This document shows positions 1 to 10,100 of a DNA stretch of 29,902 nt, piece after piece. The notes beneath the pieces are model-generated. The model made no database searches, was not told the DNA's origin, and saw only the letters and a list, made by a program, of their open reading frames with translations. The stretch is from a virus (lineage: Duplodnaviria > Caudoviricetes): positions 1 through 29,902 of IMG/VR virus record IMGVR_UViG_3300032326_001477; one strand, given 5' to 3'. The translations under genes were made by a program, and so were the position numbers. Positions within the stretch are counted from its first letter, which is position 1. Each line of letters begins with the position of its first letter.

Positions 1-58
1 GGTGCTGGTGGCACTTCTCCTTCAGGTGCCGGTGGTAATTCACCTTCAGGTGCCGGTG
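1..58. repeat. 24-bp-period coding tandem repeat (PAPEGE[L/V]P)
   Basis: CCTTCAGGTGCCGGTG at 19-34 and 43-58; a degenerate further unit runs off the left edge. Confidence 0.75.
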
Positions 59-140
59 CATCAACTTGTTCTTTTAAAATATAAGAATTAATTTGATTGA
101 ACCTTTTAAGTTCTTCTATAATTTTTTTATCAATATTCAT
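1..140 (-). CDS. Partial (3'-truncated) hypothetical protein with Pro/Glu-rich repeats
   Basis: ATG at 138-140, 10 nt after the stop of the 74-aa ORF. Reads MNIDKKIIEELKRFNQINSYILKEQVDAPAPEGELPPAPEGEVPPAP and is open to the window edge. Not in the ORF track. Confidence 0.8.
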   Translation of the reverse strand, partial: MNIDKKIIEELKRFNQINSYILKEQVDAPAPEGELPPAPEGEVPPA

Positions 141-150
141 TACGTTAATT

Positions 151-375
151 TTAACCGTTAAGTAATGTCTTAACACCTGTTGGTGTTTCGACTTTTAATG
201 TTCTGTTAGTTTTCATAGTATTGTCAACTCTTTCAATAAGTCCGTCTTTCATTCTTATTGTGTAACAATCACCGGTATCTAAATCACAAACTTCCTGATA
301 ACCGTTTCCGTTATCCTTTTGAGTGATTCTTGTATCTTTTTTTAGATAGTCGTCTAAAAGTGCTTTCATGTTCAT
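151..375 (-). CDS. Hypothetical protein (74 aa)
   Basis: Co-oriented ORF preceded by the TATTTATA motif (387-394); contains a C-x6-C pair (CDLDTGDC). Confidence 0.75.
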   Translation of the reverse strand: MNMKALLDDYLKKDTRITQKDNGNGYQEVCDLDTGDCYTIRMKDGLIERVDNTMKTNRTLKVETPTGVKTLLNG

Positions 376-386
376 ATTATTTTATA

Positions 387-394
387 TATAAATA
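387..394 (-). promoter_or_regulatory. TATTTATA upstream motif (putative late promoter)
   Basis: Sense-strand TATTTATA 11 nt upstream of the ATG at 375; the motif recurs before 10 genes. Confidence 0.6.
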
Positions 395-412
395 TATCGT
401 TTGTTTATAAAA

Positions 413-3400
413 TTATGGGAAGTACGTAGTAGCTAACCCAACTAATTCTTTATATGCGTTGTAAACGTTTGGTAGGATTGTTTCGTTTTGTACATTTTGA
501 AGTACGAAGTCTTTTATTTGACTAGCACTTTTTCCTGTAAATCCGTATCCAGTATCCCAAGTTGCGATTATGAACTGAGCGATAGATTCTTTAGTTGTTT
601 CCAAATCATTACCAATATTTAGTAATTTTAATTCAGTTATTATAGGACCTAAATTTTGATACAATTTGTAAGCAATTTGTATAGAATCGATTGGTTGGTC
701 AAATGAAAATAGTGGGTTAGTTACGTTATCTATACTTGTACAAACCAATGAATTTAATTTTGGGTCGTCGCTATATGTATTTATTCCCGTCAACTCAAAT
801 AGGTTATTATTAATTGGTTGTACTAAGTTTTCTTCGAACCCATTAGAAGATCTTGTAATTGCTATAACGAATAAAGTAATACCTATATTTTTATCTAATG
901 AAGGTAATGTTTTTATTAAATTAGCCAACTGAACAAATGTTAAACTACTTCTTGAAATCGCAACAAAAGGTAATGATTCATATTTAGAACTAACAAGTAA
1001 TTGACACTCATCTTCAGGTTTCAAAGTTGTACCAACAGCTTCAGGTTGATCTAAAGAAGTTGTTGCTCCTGAAACCGCAGAAATAGGGTTTGGTTTTTGT
1101 AATGCAATACTTTTATATTTTTCTAAATAATTTTGTTTAATGTATGTTGCCATACTTTCAGGTTTTGGTAACTCATATATTGGCATTCTTGTTCCTTTGA
1201 ATGTTGTTTCGAAGCCCTGTCTTGTTATTCTATGCTCAATGCTATAAATTTGATAAGACCCATAAAAAAGAGGTACATGTCTTAAATTAAAATACATCAT
1301 TGGTTGTATCATAACATTACCCAACGAAGTAACTGTACAACTATAAGAAGAACTTAGATATAAAGAGTATAAAGATGATGTTTGTTGAGAAATCTGGTCA
1401 CCGTTTACACCATTAGCTATTTGGTCTCTCACCAAAAATGTTGCCCCTGTAGGTTTTTTTTCATCCATACCTAACTCCAAACTTGTAAACATATTTTGAT
1501 TTTGTATTCCAAAATCAACTGTAAATGCAACTACTTTATTTGATAGTGAAAAATTATATGGTGGTGTTACAGGTATCCTAACGGGACATGTTGACGGATT
1601 TCTGAAATCATAACTATCATCATTATATAATACAGTGTTGTTATTTGATTTTGGGTGTTCTGATGTTTTCCCCACATACATTAATACAAACTTAGGACTT
1701 GAGTCAATATAATTTACTTCAGTATATGTACCAAATAACGAATTAGGAAGGTCTATTGGTTTAGGTTGTGCGTTAGGAACTGGAGATTGATTACCATAAA
1801 AATTTATATAAGCCGGCATAGCATAAAACAACATATTATCAATCACACTCATTATTGTATCTATCGTGTCAAGGATTGTCATGGTTTTACGTTCCTTAAG
1901 AAGTTTTGCAATTTGAACAACGTTAACCGTCAAATCTGACCCGATGTCTCCATTACCAGCATTAACAAAAACAAAGTCTTCAAAAATAGTTTTAGATTTG
2001 AAGTCTCCTCCTGAAATCCACTTGTCGTTGAAAGCTTGAAAAGTGTTGTAAGTACTCAATTTTGTAACATTACCACTCACATTAGAACTAACACCTTCAA
2101 TCTCTGTTTTGGTGTTTGGTAAGTTTCTATTAAGTTTAGACGATATTTCCCTTACCATGTTACTTTGTAAAGAATTCAGTTCATTTAAATACTGATTGTA
2201 ATTCTCAAAAAAGGTGTCTTTATCCCATACCTCACCGTTATATAATGTTGTATACTTTTCTTTTGCATATATTTTTATTAAAGGATAAAGTGTTTGTATG
2301 TTTGACGTAGTAAATGCAATATTATTATCTATAAAAAAGTCTGTTATTGTGGAACCCGTATCACTATAAGTAACAAACTGATTGTTTGAATAACCAACAT
2401 ACTTTTGTAATTCAATCCAAGCCTCACTATTGTTGGATTGACTATTTAGTAAACTATTATTAAATCCATCACCAGGCAAAGTTCCCAAAACGTATTCATC
2501 GAACGCAAGTGATTGGGTAGGTTGTAAAGTAGGGTCAGTCGAAAAACTATTAAATAATTTTCTATTGTAGTTACTCGGGTTTCCTATTTTTAATATACAT
2601 TCAAAATTGATAAATTCTTCTAACTTTTTTGACATATTAATCTGTTGAACTTGTGCTAAATTCTCTGAATCAATACTTTCTTGATTAGTTATAGGATTTG
2701 TTAAATCAGTTTCTTTTACTTTAAACAGGTTTACTATTTGGTCTTTAAGTCTTCTTTGTTTTATATTTTTTATCTTGTTTGAATCTATATAATCAGGAGT
2801 TGTTCTTTCACCACTAAGAACTAGTATGTCGGAAGCATCAGCATTCGGGTCGCAAAATCCTAAAAACGCCTTTTCAAACTCGTCAAGTATTTGTGGATTA
2901 AATGTTCCGATTAAACGACTAATGTCGTAATACGAATTAAGACTATACCCAATATACTCTTGCGGTGTTGGTTTTGATATTTTTGTATTATCAAAATATC
3001 CAAAATTTGGAAGTCCCCAAATTCCTCTAACAGACCCGTTATACATTGCATCATTATTTGCAATTTCCGTTTTTAATTTTTTTGTCGTAGTGAAGCACTC
3101 TAATGTTGTTTGATTAAATGGTGAACCTCCGTTTGATGGTACGGTAATAAAAACTTTATTATCTTTATCGACCATAGGGTTTTTATCAAAAATAAAATAT
3201 TGAAAGTAAGAATTAATAGCTATCGACCTATCTAAGTTATTAGAGTCACCACTATATGGCATAAAAAAGGACGATTTACTATTAGTACCAATTCTAAGTT
3301 TGTTTTGATTATACGCTTCCTCAAATTCAGATAATGAATAATTTGTAAACAAATCTTTTTTAGTGAAGTACCAATAAAAATTATTAATTAATTTAGGATA

Positions 3401-6400
3401 AAATCCTAAATTGTATTTTTCAATACTCTGAGTATTAGTAGGTGGTGTAAATAAAGTTTCAAACGCACTGAATGTAGTTGTACCTCCAGTGTAATTCTTA
3501 ATTGTATATTGAGTAGATAAAGACCCAAGTGTTGGGTCATAATTATTTAGATAGTCAAAATCTTGCCAAACATCATCTAGTATATCTATAGTTTTATTTG
3601 ATTCTATCCAAGTTTTATATCTATGCCAAATGGCACCATATTTTAAAATGTAATAATATGGCATTTGATGAATGGCTGAAAATTTAGAAAATGTTGTTAA
3701 TAAATCGACACTTATATTATTATTATCGAGTGACCTGATTGTATCATTATCATTTGCAATCGAAGAAAGAAAAAGGTAACCTAAAGAAACATATGGATTA
3801 GAAATCCCATTTTTTTCATTTTCAACCCCTTTTAAAATTGAATTTATAAAATATGGAGTATTAATAAGTGAAGTTACTTGGTCAGAAGTTACTAAACCAG
3901 AATAGTTTGTTGAAGTAACATCAAATTCTGTATAGTTCGCGTATTCAAATTGACCATACTTTTTACCAAAATAATTTGTTAAGTCTATTGCACTTTTTAT
4001 TGGTGTTGGTGTATCTGGTATTGTAAATACACTTGAATTAAAATTTTTATTTATAAAATACTCATAATAGTAGTTTAAAGTTAAATCATTACCTTGAGAA
4101 TTTTCTTTCAATCTTGCAACAGTTTTTTTGTCTTGGAAAAAAATAAATGTGTTATCTGTAATATAAAATGTATTGGGATCAGAATCAGTATAAAGAATGT
4201 ATGTGTCGAACAGGTTAACTCCGTTGGTTGTTGAATCTGTCAAATAATTTTTAAAATTATCAACTAATGGTACTGTTGTATCTAGCGTTAAACTACTTCC
4301 ATCAATAGTGTCCATACTAAATAATCCATAGTCTTTTGATAATAAATTATTTATATAGTCTGTGGTAAAATTATCCCTCTCATAATTCCAATATTTAGTA
4401 GATGCACCATTATTTGAAATCGTTTTAAGGTAATCCTCTAATATTGTTAAATCAAATGGATTATTTTTTAATTTTTCTAATAACAACGGTTTATCTTTTA
4501 TATTTTTTTGAATGTTGCTATATTCTAAGTCTGCAATAAACTTATCAACCTGTGGTCTTTGATAATTACCTCTAAACAGTTGGGTATAGTGTGATGTTAG
4601 AAAAGTTCTTTCCCACCACTCGTAGAAAAATGATATCTCACTTGGGTCTTCATATGGTATTGTACTGAATGGGAATTCTAAACTATTTGATGATGCATAC
4701 TCTCCAATTAATTTTTGGTTGACGTAACTATATTTTTTACCAACGGGAGCTTTTAACGTTCCAGCCTCCAAATATTTCTCAGTAAAAAATACTTCAGGCC
4801 AAACAGTCCTATCAAAAGCGTTTGTTGTAGTAGCATAATTTGGGGAACCTAGGTATTGTATAACGTATTTATCAACACCGTCACTTGTTCTTTCTTTCAC
4901 AAAATACGTTGGCCATGGGTAAATAACGTTATTTGTATTTTCTTGACCAACATAGTTTACTTGATTTTTAGAATCTATACCAAAATTATTACTAGCAGGT
5001 AAAATTGATTGAATTCTTTTGGGGTCATTTCTTTTTTGCCATGCGTCAAAGTGTGTTTGGTCCATCAACCTATAATAGGTATCAACACCTGCCATAATTA
5101 TTGCAAATACGTTTCTAATTGTAGGTGTGAATCCCAAACCATCGGTTTCCGTTATAAGTTTGTCGGCTAGTAAATCTGAAAAGTTTTGTTCTATTGATGT
5201 TTTTTTCGCCTCTAATGTTGATTTTAATTTATCTATTTTAGCAAAAAAACTATTTGGGATGTAGTTTATATCCCCAATTTTCTTTTCACCATATGTAAAA
5301 AATGTAGGACTTAAAGCTGGATCATCAACAAGTTGACCTGTGTTTACATCTCTTACTTTACCAAAGAGTTCAAATTCTTTTGCAACTTGTGTTTTATAAG
5401 TATTCAACTCTTGGTCGGTGAAGTCATTTCTCTTCAATTTTTGAGATAGACTACTTCTATAATCGTCTTCTGTTAAGTCTGTGTACCAAAATTTTTTAAC
5501 TATATCATTGACTGATAAATTTACAGGAATTGATTGTCCTTCAAATGTGGTGTTACCTATCTTATAGGTACCTTTATTTTCACCGGTACCAAATGATGTA
5601 TTATTATTCAAATCCCTAACGGCCCCATTTATCTCTGCTTCAATATCCTTTACTAATTGATTTCTGAAATCAAAATCTATGTTTCTTTTATATGGATAAT
5701 ATATTTGATTGTTTTTGATAATAAAACTATCAGTGTCCAAATAGTTTGTAAGGACTTTATTATAAACAGTTTCGACTAATTCATTTAAGATATTATTAAA
5801 TGTTTGAACATCATTAAGTACAGTAAAGTCTCCCTTTTCAATTGATTCTTGGACCGCTAAATCATAATTTTCTGCCCTTAAAAAAAACTCCTCTATTGTT
5901 AATCTAGGAAACCCTTTCGGTATCAAACCTTTTGATTCATATATACCATATATTTCTTCAAGTTTTTGGGCTCCAATTGACGTTTGGGTTATTTGCGTAT
6001 TGACAGTTTGATTTGGTGTTGCACTACTATTTGTCTGTTCGGTTGTTTGAATATTTGTTGGAAACATTTTAGGAGCTACGATTGCGTAGTCTAAAAGTGT
6101 ATCAGAAAGTAAACCCGTTAGTTTACCAATGAACTCCAAATTTATTAAATAATTTCCTGCCGATGCATCAAAAGTGGCATTGAAACTTACTAAGTTTAAA
6201 GCATACCTAATAGCTTTTCCATAATACCCTTTTAGTGTAAGATAAAACAAAGGGTAAGGCATATTGAAAAAAACAGAATAAAGTGATTTCTCACCTTGTT
6301 CAAATAGTGTTCTCCCTTGAACATCAATTAACCTCATACTTACTTTTGGTACTCCGATACTATTGACCGTAACGGTAATTGATTCAATACCTAAAAGTTG

Positions 6401-6805
6401 AGTATCTTCGTAGTTAGAAACATCTTTTGTTCCTTTAATGTTTCTAGTTGTTTGATTAGAGCTTTCGGCAAACCTAGCACCTTTACCCGTAAGTTGGTCA
6501 GTGTATGAAGTATCAAAAGCCTTTTTACCTTTTGGTTGTAAAAAATTAATTACTAAATCGGGGTCGTTTGTACTTGATAATAAACTAGCAACTGAACTAC
6601 TAATAACGTCCAAAGTTTCACCAACAGCCAATTTAGTTCTAGGGACAACTTTAGTTTCTAAGTTAGCATAAATAACTAACTCTTCGTGGTCAACTAATCT
6701 GTCCTTTATTACATTATTTTCAACAATCTTATTTGGATCGATTGAAATAATGTTGTCATAGTCTGTTTCAACATAAAGTGGTTTTTTTGAAAAATTATCT
6801 GCCAT
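413..6805 (-). CDS. Giant baseplate hub-like protein (gp27/P2 gpD/VgrG-type termini with large central insertion)
   Basis: 2130 aa. N-terminal LLGIESITV...VSMRLIDVQGRTLFE...PLFYLTLKGYYG and C-terminal YSCTVTSLGNVMIQPMMYFNL...YGSYQIYSIEHRITRQGFETTFKGTR resemble hub/late-control-D beta-barrel segments. It follows a LysM/gpX-like gene, the usual hub position. Confidence 0.6.
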   Translation of the reverse strand: MADNFSKKPLYVETDYDNIISIDPNKIVENNVIKDRLVDHEELVIYANLETKVVPRTKLAVGETLDVISSSVASLLSSTNDPDLVINFLQPKGKKAFDTSYTDQLTGKGARFAESSNQTTRNIKGTKDVSNYEDTQLLGIESITVTVNSIGVPKVSMRLIDVQGRTLFEQGEKSLYSVFFNMPYPLFYLTLKGYYGKAIRYALNLVSFNATFDASAGNYLINLEFIGKLTGLLSDTLLDYAIVAPKMFPTNIQTTEQTNSSATPNQTVNTQITQTSIGAQKLEEIYGIYESKGLIPKGFPRLTIEEFFLRAENYDLAVQESIEKGDFTVLNDVQTFNNILNELVETVYNKVLTNYLDTDSFIIKNNQIYYPYKRNIDFDFRNQLVKDIEAEINGAVRDLNNNTSFGTGENKGTYKIGNTTFEGQSIPVNLSVNDIVKKFWYTDLTEDDYRSSLSQKLKRNDFTDQELNTYKTQVAKEFELFGKVRDVNTGQLVDDPALSPTFFTYGEKKIGDINYIPNSFFAKIDKLKSTLEAKKTSIEQNFSDLLADKLITETDGLGFTPTIRNVFAIIMAGVDTYYRLMDQTHFDAWQKRNDPKRIQSILPASNNFGIDSKNQVNYVGQENTNNVIYPWPTYFVKERTSDGVDKYVIQYLGSPNYATTTNAFDRTVWPEVFFTEKYLEAGTLKAPVGKKYSYVNQKLIGEYASSNSLEFPFSTIPYEDPSEISFFYEWWERTFLTSHYTQLFRGNYQRPQVDKFIADLEYSNIQKNIKDKPLLLEKLKNNPFDLTILEDYLKTISNNGASTKYWNYERDNFTTDYINNLLSKDYGLFSMDTIDGSSLTLDTTVPLVDNFKNYLTDSTTNGVNLFDTYILYTDSDPNTFYITDNTFIFFQDKKTVARLKENSQGNDLTLNYYYEYFINKNFNSSVFTIPDTPTPIKSAIDLTNYFGKKYGQFEYANYTEFDVTSTNYSGLVTSDQVTSLINTPYFINSILKGVENEKNGISNPYVSLGYLFLSSIANDNDTIRSLDNNNISVDLLTTFSKFSAIHQMPYYYILKYGAIWHRYKTWIESNKTIDILDDVWQDFDYLNNYDPTLGSLSTQYTIKNYTGGTTTFSAFETLFTPPTNTQSIEKYNLGFYPKLINNFYWYFTKKDLFTNYSLSEFEEAYNQNKLRIGTNSKSSFFMPYSGDSNNLDRSIAINSYFQYFIFDKNPMVDKDNKVFITVPSNGGSPFNQTTLECFTTTKKLKTEIANNDAMYNGSVRGIWGLPNFGYFDNTKISKPTPQEYIGYSLNSYYDISRLIGTFNPQILDEFEKAFLGFCDPNADASDILVLSGERTTPDYIDSNKIKNIKQRRLKDQIVNLFKVKETDLTNPITNQESIDSENLAQVQQINMSKKLEEFINFECILKIGNPSNYNRKLFNSFSTDPTLQPTQSLAFDEYVLGTLPGDGFNNSLLNSQSNNSEAWIELQKYVGYSNNQFVTYSDTGSTITDFFIDNNIAFTTSNIQTLYPLIKIYAKEKYTTLYNGEVWDKDTFFENYNQYLNELNSLQSNMVREISSKLNRNLPNTKTEIEGVSSNVSGNVTKLSTYNTFQAFNDKWISGGDFKSKTIFEDFVFVNAGNGDIGSDLTVNVVQIAKLLKERKTMTILDTIDTIMSVIDNMLFYAMPAYINFYGNQSPVPNAQPKPIDLPNSLFGTYTEVNYIDSSPKFVLMYVGKTSEHPKSNNNTVLYNDDSYDFRNPSTCPVRIPVTPPYNFSLSNKVVAFTVDFGIQNQNMFTSLELGMDEKKPTGATFLVRDQIANGVNGDQISQQTSSLYSLYLSSSYSCTVTSLGNVMIQPMMYFNLRHVPLFYGSYQIYSIEHRITRQGFETTFKGTRMPIYELPKPESMATYIKQNYLEKYKSIALQKPNPISAVSGATTSLDQPEAVGTTLKPEDECQLLVSSKYESLPFVAISRSSLTFVQLANLIKTLPSLDKNIGITLFVIAITRSSNGFEENLVQPINNNLFELTGINTYSDDPKLNSLVCTSIDNVTNPLFSFDQPIDSIQIAYKLYQNLGPIITELKLLNIGNDLETTKESIAQFIIATWDTGYGFTGKSASQIKDFVLQNVQNETILPNVYNAYKELVGLATTYFP

Positions 6806-7112
6806 AATAAAAAATATGTGTATCTACCGCATTTTTGTAGTCCAAAAGCGCACCTAATAATGGATAAGGTATAACTAAAATAGTTCCGTCAGGTATGTTA
6901 GTTTCCATTCCTCCAAATTCAGGGTTAGCCATAAGTATTAACCAACCAAAATAAGGTGACCCATATTTTTCAAAACTAATCTTATCTAACCTACTTCTGT
7001 TTGTTCTATAAATGTATTTTTGGTCTGACGGTCTTGTAGGTAATGTCACATAAGGAACAACTGTTTGTTGTCCATTCACAAAGAAATTCTGATATCTATT
7101 ATAATACTGCAT
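6795..7112 (-). CDS. Baseplate wedge LysM-like protein (P2 gpX / T4 gp53-like)
   Basis: 105 aa with RLDKISFEKYGSPYFGWLILMANP...IPDGTILVIP, the pattern of tail-X/LysM wedge proteins; lies between tube initiator and hub. Confidence 0.75.
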   Translation of the reverse strand: MQYYNRYQNFFVNGQQTVVPYVTLPTRPSDQKYIYRTNRSRLDKISFEKYGSPYFGWLILMANPEFGGMETNIPDGTILVIPYPLLGALLDYKNAVDTHIFYYGR

Positions 7113-7113
7113 T

Positions 7114-10100
7114 TTAAACCATTTGTTTTTTCAAGTTAAATAAATTACCTGTTGAATCAACAGTTGACCACAAATCAAGAAGATTTTGTTCGTTAGCAGG
7201 GTTAATAGGCTCCTGTTTAACAAATGTGAAATTTCTTGCTTTATTTTTATTGAATGTTATATATTTGTTATTTGGGAATTTAGATATAAAATATTGGTCA
7301 TTGAAATTTTTAAAATTATCTTCCAATGTCTGTTTTGACTTTTCGTATTTACTAAATCTTCCATTTGGAATTACTGTTGTTTGGTTACCCACTATGGACG
7401 CATTTACACCAATGTTAGCAAACATAAAACTCTTGTAATTAGAATAACTTAACGATTCTGTTATTGTTGATGTTACCTCATTCATAAATTTATTTCTATC
7501 TTGTAGAATTTCTTTACCAAATATCAAGAAAAATCTTACATCTTGAGGTGCTGTTGATTCAATATACACATCAAAATTAAAGTTGTCGTTGTAAATTTTA
7601 TTAGGTCCATTAGGTATTATTTGATAATTCTCATACTTTTCATTTAGTTCATTTAGATCTGAACCGATTTTTAATAAATCATCTTTCAATTCATTATAAG
7701 TATTCAATACTCCAACACTAGTTGGGTCTACCTCTGTTGTTCCTGAAACATCATAGATAACAACACCACCTCTTTTATTTTTGTACCCATCAACTTGACT
7801 TAAAACAAAGTTTATTTGGTCTGAATTTTTTATAAAATTTAATTCTTCTTGTATTAATTTTGATGTGTTCTTTTCTAAAGATTGTAGATAAGCAGTTTTT
7901 CTGGCATCTACCATTTCTGTTAATTTTCTCTTAACTTTTCTTGTATCACTATTTGAAGCAAACCCTTGGTTTGTAAGTTGAGCAATCAAAGGACATAAAT
8001 CATTTTCAATGTCTGTTTTTGCATTGTTAAACAAAGAATCAACTTTGGACTGGTAATTTACGGGTTTACCAAATATTTTAACTTCTTGTGGTGGTCCACC
8101 TAATAACCAATCAAACAAACCATCACTATAACTTCTTTGTGAAGTATATAAAATAAGTCCACCCCACAACAAATCATTTTTTAAATCATTCAATGTTGTG
8201 TTTATATTGTTAATATAATTTTCGGTAGATGTAATCATATTGTTCATATTTTCTTTATAGTTAATTTGTCCAATAACTTGTGACGTATTAACATCAAAAG
8301 AAGATGTCGTAATAGTACCAAGAGTCACTCCACCATCATTAACTGGTGGTCTTGTTAATGGAGGCACACCTGCTTCGTTTTTGATATCCTCAATTATTTG
8401 TTTTTCAAACTCTGGATTCAGTTGTTCCGTTTCAGTGGCTCTTTCATCATAAACTTCAGTGTTCGCGTAGTAATTGAATGATAATGAATTTTGAAGTTGG
8501 GCTACGGGTTCTTTTAGACCATGACCACCAATAAACTTAATTTGCATCGTAATTGATGCAATCATAGGTTGGACACCTATACCCTCTGGGTTAAGGTCGT
8601 ATACCGCATCCTCGTATGAAATATCCAAACTTTCACACACGATTTTTGTATGGAAAAAGTCACCTATCCTTAAAATACAAATAGGTGGTGATCCGAAAGC
8701 ACTATTATTAACGTCGTTATAAAGAAGTTGTGTGCCACCTTGTCCATTATCTACCGCAGTAGGTATCGTATCTCCCGGTCTCATACACTGTTGTAGGAAT
8801 GTAAGTCGTGCATTTAAACCTTCAGGTGTTATTGAATGGAATACCGGATTAAAGTTTTTTATTCTGCTCTTGATTCCATCATAAATCATTGGGTCTTCTT
8901 CTCTTATCATTTCGAAGTAGTCACATTCACTTAAAAGTTTTCTTAACAACCTTTTTGTAATACCCTCCCTAAGACTATTAGTTAATGTTTGTTTTTTAAC
9001 TTGCCTTACTACAGGTGAACTTTCTGATTGCGGTTGTGTATTATCCGTATTATCATTATCCGCAGCCAATGGATTTGGTATTTCTCCTTCAGGTTGTTCT
9101 GTGACATCTGTTGTCGGTGCTGATGGTGTGGTTGTTGGTGGAGGTGTTTGTTCTTTTACTCCAACTTTTACCCTTCTACACATCATACCTTGAACCGAGT
9201 ATTTTAAAATTGTTGAGTTAGCAAAAGGTTTTGAACAGTCGATATCTCTGTAGTTCTCCTCATTAATTTCTAAATTTGAACCAGCACTTGATGTTGAAAA
9301 TTCTAACAACTTTTTATCAACCATATCTTTCATATTCAAATCACCTTCAGTAAAATCTGTAATCATTTTAATTACTGAATCAGTCCTTCTTTTTGAAAGT
9401 GAGTTATTGTATCCACTCGCCCCACTGTTGTTTGAGTTAGCAGAACCAATAACTTCTAAAACTATTTTATTTCCACCATCACATAGAGTTAAAATTTTAG
9501 AAAGTAGTTCTTTGAATGTGTCGTACTCCTGTTGAGCGAAACTGAAAACATCATCCAATGACGATTTCCTTGTGTCTATATAATCCGCAAAAGAGAAATT
9601 AGAAGGTGCGTTTGTTACTAAATTACCATTATAAAAATAAAGTTTGTTTGCAAAACCACCTGGTGCTGTACCGGCAGAATCATAATCTGATTTAGCATCA
9701 ATTAATTCATCAAAATATTCTTCATATGACCCGTCAGTATCATTCGAACTTGGTTTTGCTTCTTGAAATAGTAATTGTATATTTTGGTATGATTCGGTTT
9801 TTAAATCTTCGGCGATTGTTGTTTCACTTTCCGATGGTTGTGAACCTTCCTCCAAATTAACATCAGTCTCAATAATTGTTTCTGATTGTGGTGTTTCGTT
9901 TGGTAATTCTTTAGCTACTTCTTGTAGCGTTTCGTTAGACAACGTTGATACCACATTATATATGTCATTTAAACTGAATGAACCATATTTTCTTAATAGG
10001 TCGTATATGTCATACTCAGTACACCCCGCAATAAACGAATCAATAACTTTTGTTGCGACAGAAGTATTCTGTGATTCTAATTCTCTTTTTACTAAAAGGT

